A stretch of DNA of 64,000 nucleotides from NCBI GenBank assembly GCA_012516125.1, contig JAAYXB010000027.1, positions 10,592 to 74,591 of the forward strand, in the 5' to 3' direction. Of the stretch, positions 59,869 to 64,000 are shown piece after piece. The notes beneath the pieces are model-generated. The model was given only the letters and a program-made list of their open reading frames with translations, did not search any database and was not told the origin of the DNA. The DNA is from Bacillota bacterium. GTDB lineage: Bacteria > Bacillota > SHA-98 > UBA4971. The translations under genes and the position numbers were made by a program. Numbering within the stretch: position 1 is the stretch's first letter; every line of letters begins with the position of its first letter.

Positions 59869-61218
59869 CTACGAGCTATCGCTCCATCCCGTGCTGCATT
59901 GCAGAAGGTGGCAAACGCACCGCACTGCTGCGTCTTCTCCACCAACCAGACCACCCTTGGTAACAAGCTTGAGTCCCTCATGGGGTCCGCCAACTACAGT
60001 CCCGAAGGCGGCAAGCGGCAGGATTTCCATGCTGACCTCTATGCCCGCAGCGCCCATCTCTTCGAGCACCGCCAGCGTAATGTCCCCACCTGTTACATAC
60101 AGCCCAGCTATCTCCTGCTTTGCGCTCTCCAGGACCGTCCTGGCGATTCGGCCGAGGCCCGAAGACAGATTCGCAGCCGACGTGCCCATGGCACGGCTCA
60201 TTTGCCTGTCTAGGCCCGCCAAGTCCAGAGTATCCTCTTGGGTCGAGGATGATGTCACGATGACTACCATGTCCTGGGACGCTCTGGCCGATATGGCGCC
60301 GAGCACCCTTTCCACAGCGTCCCTCACCACAGCTTCTGAGCGTGGCAACTCTCCTGCCGCTAGAACCCTGGCATCAACGTGTATGGTTACGTTCGGCAGC
60401 GTGTCCTTGAGGCGTCTTATCTGGGTACGCGTGAGAGGAGTCGCGCTGCCGACCAGAGCCAGGACTACTCGTCCTCGTCTACCAGGCATGCTGTGGCTGG
60501 TGCCAAGGGTGCTGGAGGCTACCGCAATAGATGCGGTGAACGGGCCGGGATCCACTGATAGCACGCGAAACGGAAGGTGCGATGCGGCCCTAGCGATGGT
60601 CTCGATCTCGTCGTCGGTCGTAGCATCGACGACGACTACCTGCGCACCGGAGGATCGAGCCTCGACCAGATGCTTCAGGGTGCTTTCCCATCCACGCAAC
60701 ACGTCCCCGAGCTGAATACTCATGACCTTGCGGTGCGTTCCTTCTTGGATGAGAGATGGGACGTGGGATTTCGAGACAGGTGTGAGTGGGTCCTGCGCCA
60801 CAGGCGTTTTCTCGAGAGGAATCCCGTTGACTATCTGATAACCGCCAACGGTGATTCGGCCCGATTTAGGAAAGGCAGGGACCACGACTGCCATTTCAAC
60901 ACCGTTCAGTTCGTCCAGCGCAGCATCGATCTCAGCGGCCACGTTGCCCCGGAGAGTGGTGTCTATCCTCTTACTGAACTGCGATGCGCCTTTTCCCTTG
61001 AATCGGGAAAAGCACATGCGGACCCGTGCGTACGCCTCGTCGGCCGGCAGTGCGCGGCTGTTAGAGGAGACGATAAGCGCATCGTATGGGGGAGTCGCCG
61101 GCAACACGTCGAGCCGCTCCGGCCTCAGTGTCGCCGCGCGAAAGCCCCGGGCAGCGAGAAGCGCGCCGGTAGCGTTCGCCCCCGTCAAGTCGTCGGCAAC
61201 AGCGAAAAGCCTTACCAT
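59869..61218 (-). CDS. Four-carbon acid sugar kinase (DUF1537, DtnK/DenK-like)
   Basis: ADDLTGA, KRIDTTLRGN, PAFPKSGR, TGGD and TKGGLVG. Confidence 0.92.
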   Translation of the reverse strand: MVRLFAVADDLTGANATGALLAARGFRAATLRPERLDVLPATPPYDALIVSSNSRALPADEAYARVRMCFSRFKGKGASQFSKRIDTTLRGNVAAEIDAALDELNGVEMAVVVPAFPKSGRITVGGYQIVNGIPLEKTPVAQDPLTPVSKSHVPSLIQEGTHRKVMSIQLGDVLRGWESTLKHLVEARSSGAQVVVVDATTDDEIETIARAASHLPFRVLSVDPGPFTASIAVASSTLGTSHSMPGRRGRVVLALVGSATPLTRTQIRRLKDTLPNVTIHVDARVLAAGELPRSEAVVRDAVERVLGAISARASQDMVVIVTSSSTQEDTLDLAGLDRQMSRAMGTSAANLSSGLGRIARTVLESAKQEIAGLYVTGGDITLAVLEEMGAAGIEVSMEILPLAAFGTVVGGPHEGLKLVTKGGLVGGEDAAVRCVCHLLQCSTGWSDSS

Positions 61219-61225
61219 CGTGCGT

Positions 61226-62035
61226 TCACCCCGATGTAGCGCCGTCTTGTGTGGGACCAGGTTGAGACATGTGTCCCGGTCTGATAACTCGCACTCCGAA
61301 ATCCTGAATGGCCTGGAGCATGGTTACATCGGTCTTGTCGTCAGTCACTATCGCGTCCAATTCGCCGAAGGAGCAGACCTGGGCAAAAACTTTCAGGCCG
61401 AACTTGCTATGATCTGCCAGAACCACCGGCTTTGACGCTGCATGGATCATAGCCCTCTTCAGGGGCACCTTGTTGATGTTGCGCGTCATGATCCCGCTTC
61501 CCGGGTCGACGGCATCACAACCGATAAACGCGGTGTCCACGTGCAAAGAGGCAACCATGCGTTCTGCTACCGGTCCCATCATGTTATAGACGCTGCGTTG
61601 CACTTCGCCTCCTGTGCAAATCACCCTGATCCCCCGCGAATCCGCCAACTCGGCTGCAATCTTCAGGTCGTTCGTGACCACCGTCAGTTCCCTGAACGTG
61701 TGAAGCCTCTTCGCCAGCGCAAAGGTGGTGGACCCCGCATCAAGGATGATCGCGTCGCCTTCGGATATCAACCCAAGCGCGGCTTCCGCAATTCGGGCCT
61801 TCTCGTCAGGCAGGGAACTCGCCTTCGAAAAGTAAGGTACGTCGCGTGTGATCCCGCTTCTTAACATGGCTCCACCGTGGACGCGGACAATCATCCCCCA
61901 GTCCTCAAGAGCCTTCAGGTCGCGGCGCACTGTCATTCGAGAAACACCGAACTTGGTTGCTATCTCGTCGACTCCGACCGCTCCGCGCGAGCTGATGTAC
62001 TCAGCAATCAGGACCTGCCTTTCACTTGACAGCAC
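61226..62035 (-). CDS. DeoR/GlpR-family regulator
   Basis: FGVSRMTVRRDL, VHGGA, LDAGSTT and ADHSKF. Confidence 0.93.
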   Translation of the reverse strand: MLSSERQVLIAEYISSRGAVGVDEIATKFGVSRMTVRRDLKALEDWGMIVRVHGGAMLRSGITRDVPYFSKASSLPDEKARIAEAALGLISEGDAIILDAGSTTFALAKRLHTFRELTVVTNDLKIAAELADSRGIRVICTGGEVQRSVYNMMGPVAERMVASLHVDTAFIGCDAVDPGSGIMTRNINKVPLKRAMIHAASKPVVLADHSKFGLKVFAQVCSFGELDAIVTDDKTDVTMLQAIQDFGVRVIRPGHMSQPGPTQDGATSG

Positions 62036-62336
62036 CCGTCGTCGAACCTCCAGACAGAGAGGGACCCCATGCAGCAATCGAGGACTTACCAACCGAGGAC
62101 TCGCTGTCGCGTCGCCCTGCCACGTGCGCGACACGGCAGTCGGAGGCAGCCACGTTCGATGCCGCAGGGCCTGTGTGTGATTGTGTGCGCTTTCGAGCGC
62201 ATTAGCACTATTCGATGGCGCGACTAGAAATTCCTTCTGTAACGTATTCGATTTCTCGCTGTCCGCAGGCTATTCGGTGTCGGAGCGTGTGAGGGACATC
62301 AGTGGCGTGCGGGGTATTTGCCAGATCACATCGCGT

Positions 62337-62591
62337 TCACGAGTCGGGGTCATCCTCGCGCTCGCTCTGGGAAAGGAGTGCCACCGGACGTGAGGGGGTG
62401 ATGGTGGAGATGGCGTGCTTGTAAATGAGATCCTGCTTCGTGCCATCGGAGAGGATGACGGTGAAGCTGTCGAAGCCTTTCACGAGGCCTTTCATCTGGT
62501 AGCCATTGATGAGGTATATGGTGACCGGGACCTCCTGGCGCCTGACAGCGTTCAGGAAAACGTCTTGAAGGTTTGGCGACGGCTTGCTCAT
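62337..62591 (-). CDS. hfq: RNA chaperone Hfq
   Basis: [21 protein letters not shown] and YKHAIST. Confidence 0.96.
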   Translation of the reverse strand: MSKPSPNLQDVFLNAVRRQEVPVTIYLINGYQMKGLVKGFDSFTVILSDGTKQDLIYKHAISTITPSRPVALLSQSEREDDPDS

Positions 62592-62643
62592 GTGCTCGTT
62601 CATCCTCCCCCGCTCGAGAACCGCGCGTTGTAACGATAGCCTT

Positions 62644-63630
62644 CTACATCGCTGCGAGTTTTCCTCTGATGAGCGCCAGAACACAGGTGGCTGCCTCATT
62701 CACCGACGAAAGCGTCCCGAGGTCGACCCATTCGATCCGCGGATCGGCGCGAAACCACGTGAGCTGCCGCTTGGCGTAGCGCCTGGTGTTTCGCTTGATG
62801 GTCTCCACTGCGTCCGCCAGCGAGCACTTCCCCTGCAGGTGCTCGACGATTTCTTTATAGCCCAGGGCTTGCCCGGCCGTGAGGGCCCGCTCGTACCCCC
62901 GTTCGAGCAGGCGCCGGGTCTCGTCCACGAGGCCCTGCTCGATCATGGTGTCGCAGCGCCGGTCTATGCGTTCGTAGAGGGCCTTCCTGTCGCGGACGAG
63001 CCCTATCATCACCAGTCTATCAACGCGCATCTTCCCTCCCCCGCTCTTGCGCCACATCTCGGAGATGGGCCGCCCGGTGGTGGCGTGAACCTCGAGGGCG
63101 CGGATGATACGGCGCGCATCGTTGGGGTGTATCCGGCGAGCAGCCACAGGATCCACTTCCGCGAGCCTCGCATGGAGTGCCGGGGCGCCGTGCAGCTCGG
63201 CCTCCTCCTCCAGTTCTCTGCGCAGTTCGCGCGAGGCGCCTTCCCACGGAAATAGAAAGCCGTCAACGACTGCCTTCACGTAAAGCCCGGTGCCGCCCAC
63301 GAGAAGGGGAACTCGTCCGCGGGCCGCGATGTCGTCGATGGCGGCCCGTGCGAGTTCCTGGAATCGAGCCACGTTGAAGGTTTCGTTGGGGTCAACCACG
63401 TCGATGAGATGGTGGGGCACCCGCGCGCGCTCCGAAGCGCTGGGCTTGGCCGTGCCGATGTCCATGTAGCGGTACACCTGCATGGAGTCGCAGGACACGA
63501 TCTCCCCGCCCAGCCTGGACGCGACCTCGATGGACACGTCGGTCTTGCCTACCGCCGTGGGGCCCACTATGACCACAAGGATGTCCGGGGATCGGTGCCT
63601 GTCAGGTTGTCGGCTTACGGATCTCGGCAT
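62644..63630 (-). CDS. miaA: tRNA dimethylallyltransferase
   Basis: [30 protein letters not shown] and [12 protein letters not shown]. Confidence 0.97.
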   Translation of the reverse strand: MPRSVSRQPDRHRSPDILVVIVGPTAVGKTDVSIEVASRLGGEIVSCDSMQVYRYMDIGTAKPSASERARVPHHLIDVVDPNETFNVARFQELARAAIDDIAARGRVPLLVGGTGLYVKAVVDGFLFPWEGASRELRRELEEEAELHGAPALHARLAEVDPVAARRIHPNDARRIIRALEVHATTGRPISEMWRKSGGGKMRVDRLVMIGLVRDRKALYERIDRRCDTMIEQGLVDETRRLLERGYERALTAGQALGYKEIVEHLQGKCSLADAVETIKRNTRRYAKRQLTWFRADPRIEWVDLGTLSSVNEAATCVLALIRGKLAAM

Positions 63631-63800
63631 CTGTTGCTCCTTCGTTCCTGTTATTATCTTGCGCTACTTCGCGCTGCGTCTCGCCGCTTCGTGGGCTCAT
63701 CAGCCTGTTCTCCGCGCGCTTGCGTTCGCACGCCGGGCACGCGCTCGATGCCGAGGACGCGCGCCTGCCCCCGGTACCCGCACGCGGGCCGGCACGAGTC

Positions 63801-64000
63801 TCACGCCCGGCGAAACGCCCGCTCCAGCTCTGCCCGGCTTATCCTGAGGACGGTGGGCCGCCCGTGCGGGCACGAGTACGGGTCGCCCGCCCCCGCGAGA
63901 TCCGCGAGGAGCCTTTCGATCTCCGGCGGTTCCAGGGCGCGGTGGGCCTTTACCGCAGCCCTGCACGCGACCTCCGCCGCGACACGCGCGAGCAAATCCG
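63801..64000 (-). CDS. mutL: 3' end of DNA mismatch repair protein MutL
   Basis: ACRAAVK, CPHGRP and terminal F-R motifs; upstream of miaA. Confidence 0.9.
   Translation of the reverse strand, partial: DLLARVAAEVACRAAVKAHRALEPPEIERLLADLAGAGDPYSCPHGRPTVLRISRAELERAFRRA

Overview
A 64 kb, high-GC chromosomal segment with most genes on the minus strand. It appears to come from an anaerobic, endospore-forming Bacillota (spoIVA, spoVK, T-box leader, hydEGF) that may be diderm (beta-barrel-like protein, LolA-like protein, Lol-type ABC genes). From left to right it contains: a GT4 glycosyltransferase; the [FeFe]-hydrogenase maturases hydE-hydG-hydF; a membrane-anchored hendecad coiled-coil repeat protein; a LolA/LolCDE-like cassette; a lower-GC ECF sigma/anti-sigma/ABC-2 island; a T-box-led operon (TIGR04076-like/ferredoxin fusion, aldehyde:ferredoxin oxidoreductase, LIV-type transporter with a LivM-G-F triple fusion); a Uma2 nuclease; three minor pilins; an SQR-like flavoprotein; a second LIV transporter; tRNA-Leu and tRNA-Pro; and a housekeeping/sporulation block (hup, spoIVA, folE, speD, dapL, dapF, spoVK, hfq, miaA, mutL) interrupted by a MazF module and a threonate/erythronate-type operon. 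Best novelty candidates: (1) an apparently Trp-specific T-box controlling the AOR/ferredoxin/LIV operon; (2) six helically phased TGGTC-N7-GACCA palindromes near the tRNA-Leu 3' end; (3) a ~370-nt hydE leader with a Rex-like site, three CCUGAGUG repeats and a terminator-like hairpin; (4) a MITE-like repeat family; (5) an in-frame amber codon in an ABC ATPase. All calls come from reading the sequence and ORF track by eye; no database searches were run.
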